A stretch of DNA of 64,000 bases from Ranitomeya imitator (GCF_032444005.1 NC_091283.1:823112001-823176000); one strand, 5' to 3'; positions 12,001-24,816 are shown, counted from the stretch's first letter. Notes: generated by a model not told the origin, from the letters alone. Numbers and translations: made by a program.

Positions 12001-15000
12001 TAGCCCATTCATTTCAATGGCGCCATCCTTCTGTTTCCTCTTATTTCTGCGTTTCTCCAGCTCTTTCCTCGCTTTAGCTACTTCCGCCTTCATAGTTTTA
12101 TCGAATATTTCATAGGTGTATTTGGTCTGATCTTGCTTGCTCAGTTCAAAGAGATCTTCCATGACTAAAGGTCTCCTGTATCCTTTAAGCACGATTCTGC
12201 AAGAAACAGCACGTTAATGGACAACAGAAGGCTCTCATCATTTTCATTTTACAACCATTTTACTGCCCCACTGCATCATAAAAAAGTAGCAACTTTTTAA
12301 ATGCTCTTGATTAATAAAAAAAATTTCCCGTTTTGTGTATACAGTTCTTATGCCGAGTTATGTGTCTCCATGGTAACATGCTACACACAAATCCTCTTTT
12401 TTGCTCACCTTTAGAGAGTAGAAGAAGCGATAAATGGAAGGAAGCAATGCAGAATAGGATTATGGAATCATACTACAAAAGGTTTGTTTGTAGTCTGTTA
12501 CCATGGAGACATATAGCTCTGCATGAGAGTTCAATACACTAAACAGACTATTTAAAAAGTTGTTTATTTTTTTTTTTATTTTAGAACAATAAATAGAAAA
12601 CATCTTTGAAAGCATACAATAATTTCAGGGGCTGTGCTAGGTTAGAGAAAAAAAGTTTTATTTCATGAAAAAATGCTATTTTGATCAGTTCTGTATGTCT
12701 GATATTAAATTTTTCTCCAGATTAATGGCCTCGGACCTGAAAAATGACACACAAAATTAACATATAGAAAACGTACCTGTCATACCAGCTGAAAGTGATC
12801 CTGCTTAGAAAAGATGCCGTTAATTCAGGATTCTAAAAATGATATCAATTTAGATATTTTATTTATAATGTATAATAAAATTACTAAAAAAATAAATAAA
12901 TAAAATAAAATCAATATTAATTCTACGTAAAAAAAATTCTACAAAAATATTAACTGTATTTTCCAGGAATCCTCGTCCTACTTGATAAACTCCTCTAAAG
13001 TGACATCACGTCCTGTGGTCATCTGACCGCGGCGACCAATAGCACAGCATGCACTGGATGAGACGGTCATGTGACGACTGAATGTGATGTCACTTAGGTG
13101 GAAGACAAGTCACCGGCTGCGACCTCATTGCAGAGGTTGGGGGAAGGAAAGGCAGAGAAGAATTTTTAATAAATAAATATATTTATTTAAATATATTCAT
13201 TTAGTTAAAAGCACATTTACATATTTTAAAAAAATTATGGAAAATTCCTTTAATTAATACCAGAGGGTCGTTCTCTCGTTTGGAGATAGGTGGAGTCAGC
13301 AATATCTAGGGTGACTCTTTGGTATCCCATTATGAAGTAGCGCAAATCGTAAAATCTTCACTGACTACAGATTTTAACCGTGAATTGAGAATTTTGAAAA
13401 TAAAATATCTGTCCAGGAGGAGAAAGGAGCCGAATTCTTTAATAAGATATATAACAAAGTTTTTTATTTTATTTTCATGTATACCATTGATTTATAAATA
13501 ATTAATAAATAAAACAACGGTTACTCTATAAACGTTATTCTCAGTGAGCCCAGGGTAGGCTAGTAAAAAAAAAAAAGATGGTCGTAGCTTCTCTGCACTA
13601 GGTACAATCATCTGATCTGTTGGCCTTGAGCACCCAGAGCATGTGTCACACGACCGCTGCAGCCCATCAGTAGCCGCTGATTGGCTGCAGTGTTCACTGC
13701 TGGTACTATAGTTCTGTTCCATCCCTGGCTGTGGCCCAGTAGTCTCGCCATCACAATTTATTTGACGTTCAGATCCTTACGTTTCTTGCTTCCAACACAT
13801 AAACTTCAAGAACTGAGACTCCGATTCATTACCTAATTGGTGCAACTATTGCGGCGCAACTTACGCCTTGCTATGCCCCATATTGCGCAAGGTCTGCCTG
13901 CTTTTCAAAAAGTAGTAAAAATGCCAAAATTTGCTAAATTTTGAACAAGCTTAGGGTAAAGTCACACTGGGCGTTTTTTCAGTGTTTTTTTTTTTTTTTC
14001 CTTGGTTTTTCTTACGTTTTTTTTGCTGCGGTTTCAGCATGCTAGATTTGTCTCTTGTGCAGCTGATAAAGTTCTACAGAATCAGTTCTATTCTACAGAA
14101 TCAGGTTTTGGCACAAAAAAAGGCAGCAAAATCTGATAGCTGTAATTTTTGTTTGTTTTTTTCAGGGTTTTTCACCACCCACTTATTTCAATGCAAACGC
14201 ACCAAAAATGCCGAAAGAAGTGACATGCTCCATTCTGCAAATAAAAAAAAAAAAAAAAAGAAGCAAAGCACAAGATCAAGATGATAAAAAAAAAACAACA
14301 CAAGATATGCGCAGGAGATTTCTGAACTCTCATAGGCTGTGCTGGTACTGTAAAACGAAGCTGAAAATTTGCATAAAAATAAAAACTAATTAAAAAAAAA
14401 TCTGCAAAAATGCCCAGTGTGAACTTAGCCTTATGCCAGAATTCTAGTGAAAACACCTTGATTAATTGGCCCTTATTTACTTGCTGGACAATATATCCCA
14501 CCCAAGGGTGGACATACCATTAGTGAAACAACCGCACAGGGGCCCAAGAGGTCGAGGGGCCACTAGCAGCTCCAAAGTAAGTGACAATTTGCATTAAATT
14601 GAGTTTCGGGTTACAAAGGGCTCATATATTGTTCTGGCACAGGGGCCCCATTTTTGTCTGAGTCCGTCCCCTTTAATATGAGTCATTTTCACCAGATGTT
14701 ATCATTTTTCCTCTAAATGGTTTAACTTTATGGCTTATTGGGTGTATTCACAAATTTCTAAAAAAAAATATCATGCAATCCTGGCACCATCCATTGTTAT
14801 CATCGCCAGCAAATCTCGCTTCCTACCTTCTTTGTGAGATCGTTGGCTTCTGAGATGGGAGAGATGATGAGACTAACAACCTGAAGACCGAATGAGATGA
14901 AGAACAAACAGAAGCGCGGGATGTCCGGAATATCCTCCTGCAAAAAAAAAAAGGGAACCTTATGGGTGACCTTTACGGGTGACGCACATGTCAAGGTCAT

Positions 15001-18000
15001 AGCCAAATAGCACGGTGAAGCCTTTTTGAATTGACCATCCAAGTTCGGCATGAAAAATAGTCTTCTAGAGCGGTGGACTTTTCCCCAAAAAAAGTGTCCG
15101 GCACAGATCGGGGTGATCCTGGTCTGGATTTGGGGTGATGTTTCGGAGACGTTTCTTCCTTTATGTTAATACTATGAGCATTATATCAGTGTAAAGTATT
15201 TTTTATGGCAATACTGAAGGCCAAGATAATAATTCTGATTACTTACTTTCAGTGCAAGCCGGACAAGAGTCTGAAATGGAAAAATCCCGCAAACAACGGA
15301 GAGAAGCCAGAAGATGAAGAGGGCACCAGTGTCTTTCCGGACACAGTACCTTCTGCTATGGTGGATTATTAACACCAAGATCTAAGTGGACAGAAAGATG
15401 TTTAATGAGAAGTCGTATTTTAATTGCATAAACGTACGGTAATATGGAAAAGCAGCGCTGCAGCGTAAAGCATGGAGGAGAAAACACTTCCGGGAAAGGT
15501 CTTCAAAATATATATATTTTTAAAACATTTAGGGATGACAACTGTACTTGCATTTTTTTAACCTAAAATCAAGAACAGAACATCCATACAGTCCTTACCC
15601 ATGTGACAGCATGGAGTGAAGGATTAACATAGAGGACCACAGGGAGCAGTTTGTTGGAACTTGAGTGTTCTTCTATATGTTCTGCTATTACGATGCCGAT
15701 TCCGGCAATGGATGTGCAAAAAAGTAAAAAAGTCAGAATCTGAAAAAGAGGAGGAAACATTCACCTAGTGACAATAAAAATGTTTGAGTGCGTTCATTAT
15801 AATAATAATAATAATAATTTTATTTATATAGCGCCAACATATTCCGCAGCGCTTTACAAATTATAGAGGGGACTTGTACAGACAATAGACATTACAGCAT
15901 AACAGAAATACAGTTCAAAACAGATACCAGGAGGAGTGAGGGCCCTGCTCACAAGCTTACAAAGTATGGGGAAAAGGGGAGACACGAGAGGTGGATGGTA
16001 ACAATTGCTTTAGTTATTCGGACCGGCCATAGTGTAAGGCTCAGGTGTTCATGTAAAGCTGCATGAACCAGTTACCTGCCTAAGTATGTAGCAGTACAGA
16101 CACAGAGGGCTAATACTGCATAAAGTGTATGAGAACATGATGCGAGGAACCTTTTTTTTTTTTTTTTTATTATTATAAATAGGCCACACAGGGATCGTTA
16201 GGTTAATGCATTGAGGCGGTAGGCCAGTCTGAACAAATGAGTTTTTAGGGCACGCTTAAAACTGTGGGGATTGGGGATTAATCGTATTAACCTAGGTAGT
16301 GCATTCCAAAGAATCGGCGCAGCACGTGTAAAGTCTTGGAGACGGGAGTGGGAGGTTCTGATTATTGAGGATGCTAACCTGAGGTCATTAGCGGAGCGGA
16401 GGGCACGGGTAGGGTGGTAGACTGATACCAGGGAGAAGATGTAGGGTGGTGCTGAGCCATGGAGTGCTTTGTGGATGAGGGTAGTAGTTTTGTACTGGAT
16501 TCTGGAGTGGATGGGTAGCCAGTGTAATGACTGGCACAGGGTAGAGGCATCGGTGTAACGGTTGGTGAGGAATATGATCCTGGCTGCAGCATTCAGGACA
16601 GATTGGAGCGGGGAGAGTTTTGCAAGAGGGAGATCGATTAGTAGAGAGTTACAATAGTCCAGACGAGAATGAATAAGTGAAACAGTAAGAGTTTTTGCAG
16701 AGTCGAAATTAAGAAAAGGGCGAATTCTAGAAATGTTTTTGAGATGCAGGTAAGAAGAGCGAGCCAGTGATCGGATGTAGGGGGTGAATGAAAGGTCGGA
16801 ATCAAGGATGACCCCAAGGCAGCGGGCATGTTGCTTTGGAGTAATGGTGGAACCGCACACGGAGATGGCAATGTCAGGCAAAGGTAGGTTAGTAGAGGGA
16901 GAGAACACGAGGAGTTCAGTTTTTGACAGGTTTAGTTTCAGATAGAGGGAGGACATGATGTTAGAGACAGCGGTAAGACAATCACTGGTGTTTTCTAAGT
17001 TTTCATTACTTTTATAGGTGGAATAATAACAGGAAGGGGGAAAAGGGGGGAATTACTTTTTTTTTTTACACAAGGGCAGATGGATAAAAAAAATTTTGCA
17101 ATAAATGAAATCATTTGAATGTTATATTTTATGGTCATTCTCCAGGAAACATCACATTTCTCGACTAACTGCATTGGAACATTACCTTTCACCCCATTTA
17201 CTAGGAGATGTGCTGCAACACCTATCAATATCAACATGTTAGGGCATGTTAGGTTAGGATATGGGTTGAACTAGATGGACTTAAAGTTTCCTTCAACCTT
17301 GAAAACTATGTTATGATGTAATAAATATGGTACTTTTTTTGGGGGGGGGGGGAAAAACCTCTCAGGCCTCATTCAGACGTCCATTTTCACATATGTGTCT
17401 AATCTGGGTCTTTCACAGATAAAACGTGTAACCATTATACATCACATCTGTGTGGTCATTTTTTACTGTTTAATGGGATTTTTTCTTCATATGAGAAAAA
17501 CGGATGCAAATCTGATGGTAAAAATGAACATACAGACCAAAAATGGGTGAAATTCAGATCCAGCACACTGATGAAAATCAACCATTTTTTCACATGCGAG
17601 ACAAAAAAATGGATGAATGAATTACAAATTTGGAGCTATTTTTAGGGGAAAAACGTCCTTCTAATTCTGAATAACCTTCTGATCTAATTCCCGAAGAGCT
17701 CCTATAATGATTGGATTGTTACGCACGATGAGGATTTCAATGTCTTGGGGGACTCACCTGCTTGGCAAGATAAAGCTTAGTCATAGGGGATTTCACTCTG
17801 CCTGGTTGACACAAGTTGAGGAGCTGCCAAGGAACACACAGCCAAAAGAAGAGAAGAGGGATCCAAACCAGAACCGTTTGTTCGAAACATATCGGCAAAT
17901 CTGGATCAGGTCTTTCCAACAGAGAGGAATTCTGTAAAGATAATAAAATAAATCAAGGTTCCAGGGTCAAGAATGACAATAAATGTCTACTCTCCCAAAA

Positions 18001-20152
18001 TGTCCGAGAGCTTTCCGGAAAAAAAGAAAGACTCACAGAAGAGTTCAGGAAAGCAGCACTTAAAGAAGATAAATTTAGGCCGTCCTCAGGCTCCAAATTA
18101 AATTTGGGGGAATAGAACTTTTTCATTATTGTATTCCGAGCCATAACTTTTACTTTTTTCCATCCACATGGCCATCTGAGTTACGTAATTTACAGGTCTT
18201 GGTTGTGGCCTCTGCACAAGAACAAGGTGAATCATGCAGAGCCAGAGCGTCATTCAGGGACACAGACAGACCTCTATGAAATTGGCACATGAGGGCCGCA
18301 TCATTCCACTGATCCTCAGTGGATCACTGTCGGAATTTAGTACAGTAGTCCTCAGCAATGCGGCTCCCTGTGTCAGGTTCATGATCCCAGCCTCAGTGAC
18401 CTGGATTCTGTCGGGTTCATCATAGATAACACCTAAGCAATCAAAGAAGGCATCACCCGAAGACTGTTCTGGGGTTTGTCCAAGTTCAAGGGTCCCCTCC
18501 CAATAGGGATATGTCTTTTCCAACCCGCTGGGACTCATCCCCTGAAGATCGGGGTCGTAGAGTAAAATATAGCCTGTAGCCCTACCTAAACACCCTAAAC
18601 TGTTTTTTCTCCCTCTAAAATGTATCAGGTAGTAGCATTACTGGTTCAAAGGAGGCCAACTGAACGTCATAATGTGCAGACAACACAGTCTCTGCTGGCA
18701 GCGAAGAGCTATGAGGAGTTTTCATAAAGCTAAACACCTGACCCTGCAACGTGGACTGTGAAGATTCAAGGTTCTTGTGCTTTTCAGCGAGATCTTGAAT
18801 CACTTGGGTCAGATTCGCCCATATGATCACCAATCAAGTGAATGGGACCCATGCTGGTGAAAAATAGTAATAGTCAGTTGTAACGTGATGCTGAGATACT
18901 ACTTATGGCAAGTCGTGAGACAAGGTAGTCTGGAGGTCCGAGGTCAGATACCAGGAGGGCTCGTAGTACAGAGGGGCAAGACAATAGTGTGGTCAAGTCA
19001 CAGTCTGGGGTCAAATGCCAGGAGGGTATGTGAAGTCAAAGGAATAAGATAAACAGGTAGTCAGAGGCCAAGCTCGGAGTCAGGTACCTGAGGTCAGAGA
19101 GCGCCAAGAGCACAATAGTCAATACAAATCCAAGGTCCGGCAACAAGATTAGGAAATTAGACACAGCGCACTGATCACACACTCCACTGAGCAAAACTAC
19201 ATCTGACAATGGTCTGCTGATAGCCAGTCAGCTTAAATAGCTAGTGGATTATCAAGAACGGGAAACACCTAGAGGAAAGCCCTCGGGCTAGGCCAGATTG
19301 AGCAGCAGGGCTGTCAATCAAAATACTGAAAGCCCAGCATTCCCCAGCATCAGATTGGATGACTGGGCTGTCCAGCACTCTCCAGATCATAGGGTGGCTG
19401 AGATGTCCTTCACAGCGTCCCTAGGACACAGTGTGTGATGAAACCGTGACAACTATTGTCTATATATGTGGCTCTGGCCCCAGAGAAGCACTAAGGTTTG
19501 GGTGTGACTGCTCCAACGGCACCCTTTATAGCGCTGTTACTGACCCGTGCATGTCATGATTTAATAATATTTCCATTTCATAACATGCTGGGATATGCCA
19601 CCACTTTCTGATTCGCGGGTGACCAAGTTATGTGGTCACAATGCTGATATAATAAAACAGTTCCAGCAAAGTTATTCCCCACATATCTGGCATTCCACTG
19701 GCTATAAAAGGCACTATACCATGGCCGCAATCACAATGGCCTCAATGTTTCTATGCTTTCTCTGAGATTCTTCCTACTCTCTATAGGTAAAATAATAATT
19801 GATCCGTTTCCTATATATGTTCCCCTCCGCTGAGGGTTAGTGTCAGATAGACTGATTCGGAGATCCACTTTACCCCCTGGGGACAGAGACTGATGCGATA
19901 GAATCCATTGCAAAACGCGTTGGCACAATGTCAATTCTAAAAAATCAATATAAGTCCAGGAGTGAAATTAACACTTCCTTCAGACTGGAAGATTTTGGGG
20001 TAAAATGGCGCAATTCTTCCTATAGGCAAGAATCTTTCAGATAGTGTATCTATCATAAGGAAATCAGCATTTCTGTGCCCAATTTAAGTACCAGTAAGAA
20101 GTAAACTTACCCAGAACACAGAGCCGCAGTAGTCGTCCAGAGCCTTGGACAT
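88..20152 (-). CDS. ABCC2: ABCC2/MRP2 ABC transporter, coding exons 1-11 (gene continues left of the window)
   Basis: Exons (plus coordinates): 20111-20152 ([14 protein letters not shown]), 17758-17931 (174 nt, [16 protein letters not shown]), 15599-15739, 15247-15381 (135), 14827-14937, 12777-12832 (56, [16 protein letters not shown]), 11968-12196, 11018-11187, 9937-10114 (178), 9495-9749 (255, [15 protein letters not shown]), 88-153 (66, [22 protein letters not shown]). All have GT-AG sites, and sizes and phases match the human ABCC2 exon structure as I recall it. Confidence 0.96.
1185..5366 (-). pseudogene. Gypsy gag-pol polyprotein with a single premature stop
   Basis: Gag begins [10 protein letters not shown]. 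Contains CCHC knuckle [14 protein letters not shown], protease FVDSGA, RT YLDD, RNase H (DAS...TDHKNL), integrase (HPG..., [17 protein letters not shown]) and a C-terminal chromodomain ([11 protein letters not shown]...QYLVKWKGY). One TGA at 2547-2549 (probably AGA>TGA) splits the two listed ORFs, which share a frame. Confidence 0.95.
6108..6410. mobile_element. PIF/Harbinger-type MITE (copy 1) nested in the hAT element
   Basis: Ends GGCTATGTTCACA...TGTGAACGTAGCC, internally palindromic, preceded by TAA. The right TSD is not clean. Confidence 0.75.
6616..6944. mobile_element. PIF/Harbinger-type MITE (copy 2, inverted relative to copy 1)
   Basis: Ends GGCTACGTTCAGAC...TGTGAAAGTAGCC with a TTA 3-bp TSD on both sides. 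Its core is the reverse complement of the 6108-6410 core. Confidence 0.85.
8038..9070. repeat. ~24-25 bp minisatellite (CACAGTGTCCCCATAACAGGACAGC); degenerate copies also at ~370-549
   Basis: Visible tandem units. The same repeat lies on both sides of the Gypsy element, so the provirus inserted into the array. Confidence 0.93.
10385..10965. mobile_element. Two tandem T2/Kolobok-type MITEs sharing one TTAA
   Basis: TTAA-AGGGAACC...GGTGCCCT-TTAA-AGGGGTTGTCC...CAGCCCCT-TTAA, with boundaries 10385-10772 and 10777-10965. Confidence 0.8.
13954..14430. mobile_element. PIF/Harbinger-type MITE
   Basis: GGGTAAAGTCACACTGGGC...GCCCAGTGTGAACTTAGCC with a TTA TSD on both sides. Confidence 0.8.
15798..16992 (-). 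mobile_element. 5'-truncated L2-clade LINE (RT C-terminus, 3' UTR, (TTA)n tail)
   Basis: ORF 16198-16956 ([61 protein letters not shown]). The L2-type 3' end TGTAAAGCGCTGCGGAATATGTTGGCGCTATATAAATAAA and a (TTA)n tail lie at ~15798-15860. Confidence 0.92.
18250..19451 (-). mobile_element. Degraded Gypsy remnant (one LTR plus a gag fragment) in ABCC2 intron 1
   Basis: A TG...CA-bounded LTR-like segment at 18879-19451 has a TATTTAA box. The adjacent minus-strand peptide [30 protein letters not shown] aligns to the gag of the 550-8037 element ([28 protein letters not shown]). Confidence 0.65.
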
Positions 20153-20366
20153 GTTTCAAGGAGGGCAGAGAAGCCCCTTCTGCCGGTAGAGCCTACGTAT
20201 ACTGAGCCTAGGGATTATTAAATCCCTATATATTCCTCATGGTGAATATCAGAGAACTGTTATCACCCTGTGATTCAGCAGGTTAAAAGTCCCCCGCACG
20301 CACGGCAGCCTCGCGTCTACTGAAGGGACATCTCAGTTCTTGCAGAGACCTATTGGACTATAGTTG

Positions 20367-20381
20367 GGTTAAATGTTAACC
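20367..20381. promoter_or_regulatory. HNF1-like palindromic site in the ABCC2 proximal promoter
   Basis: GGTTAAATGTTAACC, two mismatches to GTTAATNATTAAC, ~215 bp upstream of the ATG. ABCC2 is a known liver/kidney/gut gene. Confidence 0.5.
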
Positions 20382-21934
20382 ATTTTCATAAGTGCACAGT
20401 TTGTCCCAAAGACTCTTACTAGGCGGATCCCAGTGATATGTGCTCTCAGTCAGGCGTTATTTTCTTGGAATTTACATTTTCTATCATTATTATTGTGGAA
20501 TCTCTCATCTCCAACTTCAAGCAAGTGATTCTGCTTAATGTAAACTCCAAGACGAGGGTCCTCCAGAAGGGTCATCCTGGGGTACACTGTCCTCACAATC
20601 TCATGGTCCATATCGTGAATTACCCTTATGTTTTGGACCTTAATCATTTTGATTTCTTCATTGTGATTTCTCATTTCAAGAATCATAACTTTTTTTTTTT
20701 ATTATTTCTCCTTCGATGTCGCCATTTTAGAGTTTGGAAGTTTGTTTGTTTTTTTCCCAGGACAAGTTGTATTCTTGAAAGATAACATTCTCGGGTATAT
20801 ACAATTTATTGATAAGCTTTTAAAAGCTACGGTAACTAGTAGGGAAAATGCAACAAGAACACAAATAAAGTATTCGTTTTTCTTTTCCATTGTTTATCAT
20901 ATAGTAAAATAACAAGTTATCTTTTTTCTTCTGGTTCATTTGAACACAATTTGAGTTTTTTTTTAATTTTAAATTATAACTTTTTTTCCACAATAAAAAT
21001 ATTTTTTTTTGTCAGGAAAATAAATCATTTTTTAAAGTCCCACATCCCAAAATTCCATAGCTTTTTTATTTCCTTTCAAAATTACAGAAGCGGGGATTTA
21101 TTTATTTTCCGAAACAGGGTTGAAGTTTGTATGTATATTATTTTGTGGCACATTTTATTTATTGTTTAATTTTTATCTTTTTTTTGGGGGGGGGGAAGTT
21201 GGGAGAAGGATGCAATAATAAAAAAAAAAAGTTAATTCCTCCTCCTCCCCCCACTGCTTATTTTGTGATGAAATTTAATAAGCCACTTTAGTTAGCCTGG
21301 ACCCAACAATGGATCCGCTGGTCCTCTGGGCAGAATGTCCAGGCCTACAAGCTCTATCAACGCGCCAGTATACTTCATCCTTAGATCATAGAGCAATACA
21401 GAAAAGTGTTTAAGGGGCTACACATCAACGTTGGTCGTGACACAGACTACATTGGTCAATATCACTCTTGCCACAGTTACATCGCTGTAGGTGAATGAGA
21501 TCACAATGTCACCCCCAAGGAAACGTGAACATGACAAGCAAATTAAAAAAAAAAAGTCGGTACAAGTCAGATTTTTTTGTGACTTGCTTTTCGCAGTAAC
21601 AGTAAGTTGTGGGTCACGATGTGACCCAATTCACCTTTAGTATTACAACTTTTTTTAAAGAATGCGATGCTCGTTCAAACTCACCTGTGGCAAGTAACAG
21701 GTGCGGGAAATATGAAAATCACAATAACCCAAATTAAGAAAGATGCAAGCCATAGGAGAGATTGCACCAGGTGTCAAAATGTTCACTCTGTCAAATGAAC
21801 CAGGATTTCACTGCTCTGAGCCACTTATTGAAGTGGTCCTGCACATAATGAGTGCCTGCCTGCCGGTGAGATGACAGAAACTCTCAGTATAAGGACATAT
21901 TCAGATGTCAGTTATTTTCTTGTATTAATAATAA

Positions 21935-22481
21935 TCATCTCTCTATTTATATAGCTTATACAGTTTGCACACATTATCATTAGTGATGAACGAATATACT
22001 CGTTACTCGAGATTTCTCGAGCACGCTCGGGGGTCCTCCGAGTATCTTTTAGTGCTCGGAGATTTAGTTTTTCTGGCCGCAGCTGAATGATTTACAGCTA
22101 TTAGCCAGCATAAGTACATGTGGGGGTTGCCAGGAAATCCCCACATGTACTTATACTGGCTAACAGATGTAAATCATTCAGCTGCGGCAAGAAAAACTAA
22201 ATCTCTGAGCACTAAAAAATACTCGGAGGACCCCCGAGTGTGCTCAAGAAATCTCGAGTAACGAGTATATTCGTTCATCACTAATTATCATCACTGTCCC
22301 CGATGGGACTCACAATTTAAACTCCCTATCAGTATGTCTTTGGAATGTGGGAGAACCCGGAGGAAACCCATGCAAACACGGGGAGAACATACAAACTCCT
22401 TGCAGATGTTGTCCTTGCTGGGATTTTAACCCAGGACTCCAGCGCTGTAAGGCTGCAGTGCTAACCACTGCGCCACCGTGC
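21935..22481 (-). mobile_element. tRNA-derived V-SINE, interrupted by a hAT MITE
   Basis: A box TGGCGCAGTGG, degenerate B box GGGTTAAAATCC, V-domain GGAGTTTGTATGTTCTCCCCGTGTTTGCATGGGTTTCCTCCGGG and a degenerate L2-like tail near 21935-21980. Confidence 0.88.
21981..22283. mobile_element. Palindromic hAT MITE
   Basis: TAGTGATGAACGAATATACTCG...CGAGTATATTCGTTCATCACTA with 8-bp TSD ATTATCAT on both sides. Confidence 0.95.
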
Positions 22482-23017
22482 TGTATGAGACAAATGATCC
22501 AAGTTTCGTCAGTGTTTTTCTTCAGTTTCATCAGCATTTAGTCCAAGTTTAATCAGTTTTCTTAGATGGGGGAAAAAGAAGTTTCTCTGATTCTATTATC
22601 AAACACTCTGTGAAAAACGAACAGCGTCATGGCATCCGAGCGCTGTCCGATTTTTTCACGCACCTATAGACTTGCATTGCGGAGTTTGATTTGACTCTCT
22701 GATCAGTATCGTACAAGTGTCTGTGATTATAAGAGGAGAACTTGGTTTAAGAAAATAATCTCACATGTGAACTATCCCATAGACTATTATAGGGAGGAGT
22801 GCAATCCGTGAAAAACAGAGATAGAGTTCGTACTTAAAGAACGGACATCAGAATGAGCTCTTATTAGATGAAGTCGCTACATATGCAGAGCATAGAAGCC
22901 AATAACCAACTCCACCCATGTGTTCCACTCTGCATAGGCAGTATCACTATTGAATCATGTGCATTCTATCTGCAAAAAGAGTCAGGAACCCATTGGGAGA
23001 ACGGACCCAAATTTTAA

Positions 23018-23085
23018 AAATAGGGATTTTTGTGTACTCACCGTAAAATCCTTTTCTCCGAGCCATTCATGAGGCGAAGGAGAAA
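23018..23085 (-). mobile_element. 68-bp DIRS1 footprint: both termini joined, interior lost
   Basis: AAATAGGGATTTTTGTGTACTCACCGTAAAATCCTTTTCTCCGAGCCATTCAT, which matches the 3' end of the 28253-36404 DIRS, is fused to GAGGCGAAGGAGAAA, which matches its 5' end. Confidence 0.75.
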
Positions 23086-23185
23086 GTATTCCTAATAAAA
23101 TAATAATGCATTTTTATGCATATATTTTTTTCTAAACTTAACCCTAACTAAGGCTAGGGTTAGGGTAATAAACTTGTTACATATA

Positions 23186-24805
23186 CAGTACAGACCAAAA
23201 GTTTGGACACACCTTCTCATTTAAAGATTTTTCTGCATTTTCATGACTATGAAAATTGTACATTCACACTGAAGACATCAAAACTATGAATTAACACATG
23301 TGGAATTATATACTTAACAAAAAAGTGTGAAACAACTGAAATTATGTCTTATATTCTAGGTTCTTCAAAGTAGCCACCTTTTGCTTTAATGACTGCTTTG
23401 CACACTCTTGGCATTCTCTTGATGAGATTCAAGAGGTAGTCACCGGGAATGGTTTTCACTTCACAGTTGTGCCCTGTCAGGTTTAATAAGTGGGATTTCT
23501 TGCCTTATAAATGGGGTTGGGACCATCAGTTATGATGTGCAGAAGTCTGGTGGATACACAGCTGATAGTCCTACTGAATAGACTGTTAGAATTTGTATTT
23601 TGGCAAGAAAAAAAGCAGCTAAGAAAAACGAGTGGCCATCATTACTTTAAAAAATGAAGGTCAGTCCGAAAAATTGGGCAAACTTTGAAAGTGTCCCCAA
23701 GTGCAGTGGCAAAAACCATCAAGCGCTGCAAAAAAACTGGCTCACATGAGGACCACCCCAGGAAAGGAAGACCAAGAGTCACCTCTGCTTCTGAGGGTAA
23801 GTTTATCCGAGTCCCCAGCCTTAGAAATCGCAGGTTAACAGCAGCTCAGATTAGAGACCAGGTCAATGCCACACAGAGTTCTAGCAGCAGACACATCTCT
23901 ACAACAACTGTTAAGAGACTTTGTGCAGCAGGCCTTCATGGTAAAATAGCTGCTAGGAAACCACTGCTAAGGACAGGCAACAAGCAGAAGAGACTTGTTT
24001 GAGCTAAAAAACACAAGGAATGGACATTAGACCAGTGGAAATCTGTGCTTTGGTCTGATGAGTCCAAATTTGAGATCTTTGGTTCCAACCACCATGTCTT
24101 TGTGCGACGCAGAAAAGATGAACGGATGAACTCTACATGCCTGGTTCCCACCGTGAAGCATGGAGGAGGAGGTGTGATGGTGTGGGGGTGCTTTGCTGGT
24201 GACACTGTTGGGGATTTATTCAAAATTGAAGGCATACTGAACCAGCATGGCTACCACAGCATCTTGCAGCGGCATGCTATTCCATCCGGTTTGTGTTTAG
24301 TTGGACCATCATTTATTTTTCTACAGGACAATGACCCCAAACACACCTCCCGGCTGTGTAAGGGCTATTTGACCAAGGAGGAGAGTGATGGGGTGCTACG
24401 CCAGATGACCTGGCCTCCACAGTCACCAGACCTGAACCCAATCGAGATGGTTTGGGGTGAGCTGGACCCCAGAGTAAAGGCAAAAGGGCCAACAAGTGCT
24501 AAGCATCTCTGGGAACTCCTTCAAGATTGTTGGAAGACCATTCCCGGTGACTACCTCTTGAAGCTCATCAAGAGAATGCCAAGAGTGTGCAAAGCAGTCA
24601 TCAAAGCAAAAGGTGTCCACTTTGAAGAACCTAGAATATAAGACATATTTTCAGTTGTTTCACACTTTTTTGTTAAGTATATAATTCCACATGTGTTAAT
24701 TCATAGTTTTGATGTCTTCAGTGTCTATGTACAATTTTCATAGTCATGAAAATACAGAAAAAATCTTTAACTGAGAAGGTGTGTCCAAACTTTTGGTCTG
24801 TACTG
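23186..24805 (+). mobile_element. Full-length (1620 bp) Tc1/mariner DD34E transposon with inactivated transposase
   Basis: ~190-bp TIRs CAGTACAGACCAAAAGTTTGGACAC..., TA TSDs, paired-like HTH N-terminus (GRPRVT), WSDESKF, QDNDPKH and SPDLNPIE. The start is degraded near 23600 and there is a TGG>TGA stop near 24000. Confidence 0.96.
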
Positions 24806-24816
24806 TATATATACAG

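Noticed and set aside
19560-20790. Short ORFs at 19731-19934 and 20450-20686 with faint Penelope-like motifs (RRG...ESR...ETLRP; LLEDPRL)
   Set aside because: The similarity is too weak to call by eye; they are possibly old retroelement debris and would need an HMM search.
22400-22481. tRNA gene
   Set aside because: The A/B boxes are the head of a V-SINE; the B box is mutated, there is no cloverleaf 3' end, and it continues into the V-domain.
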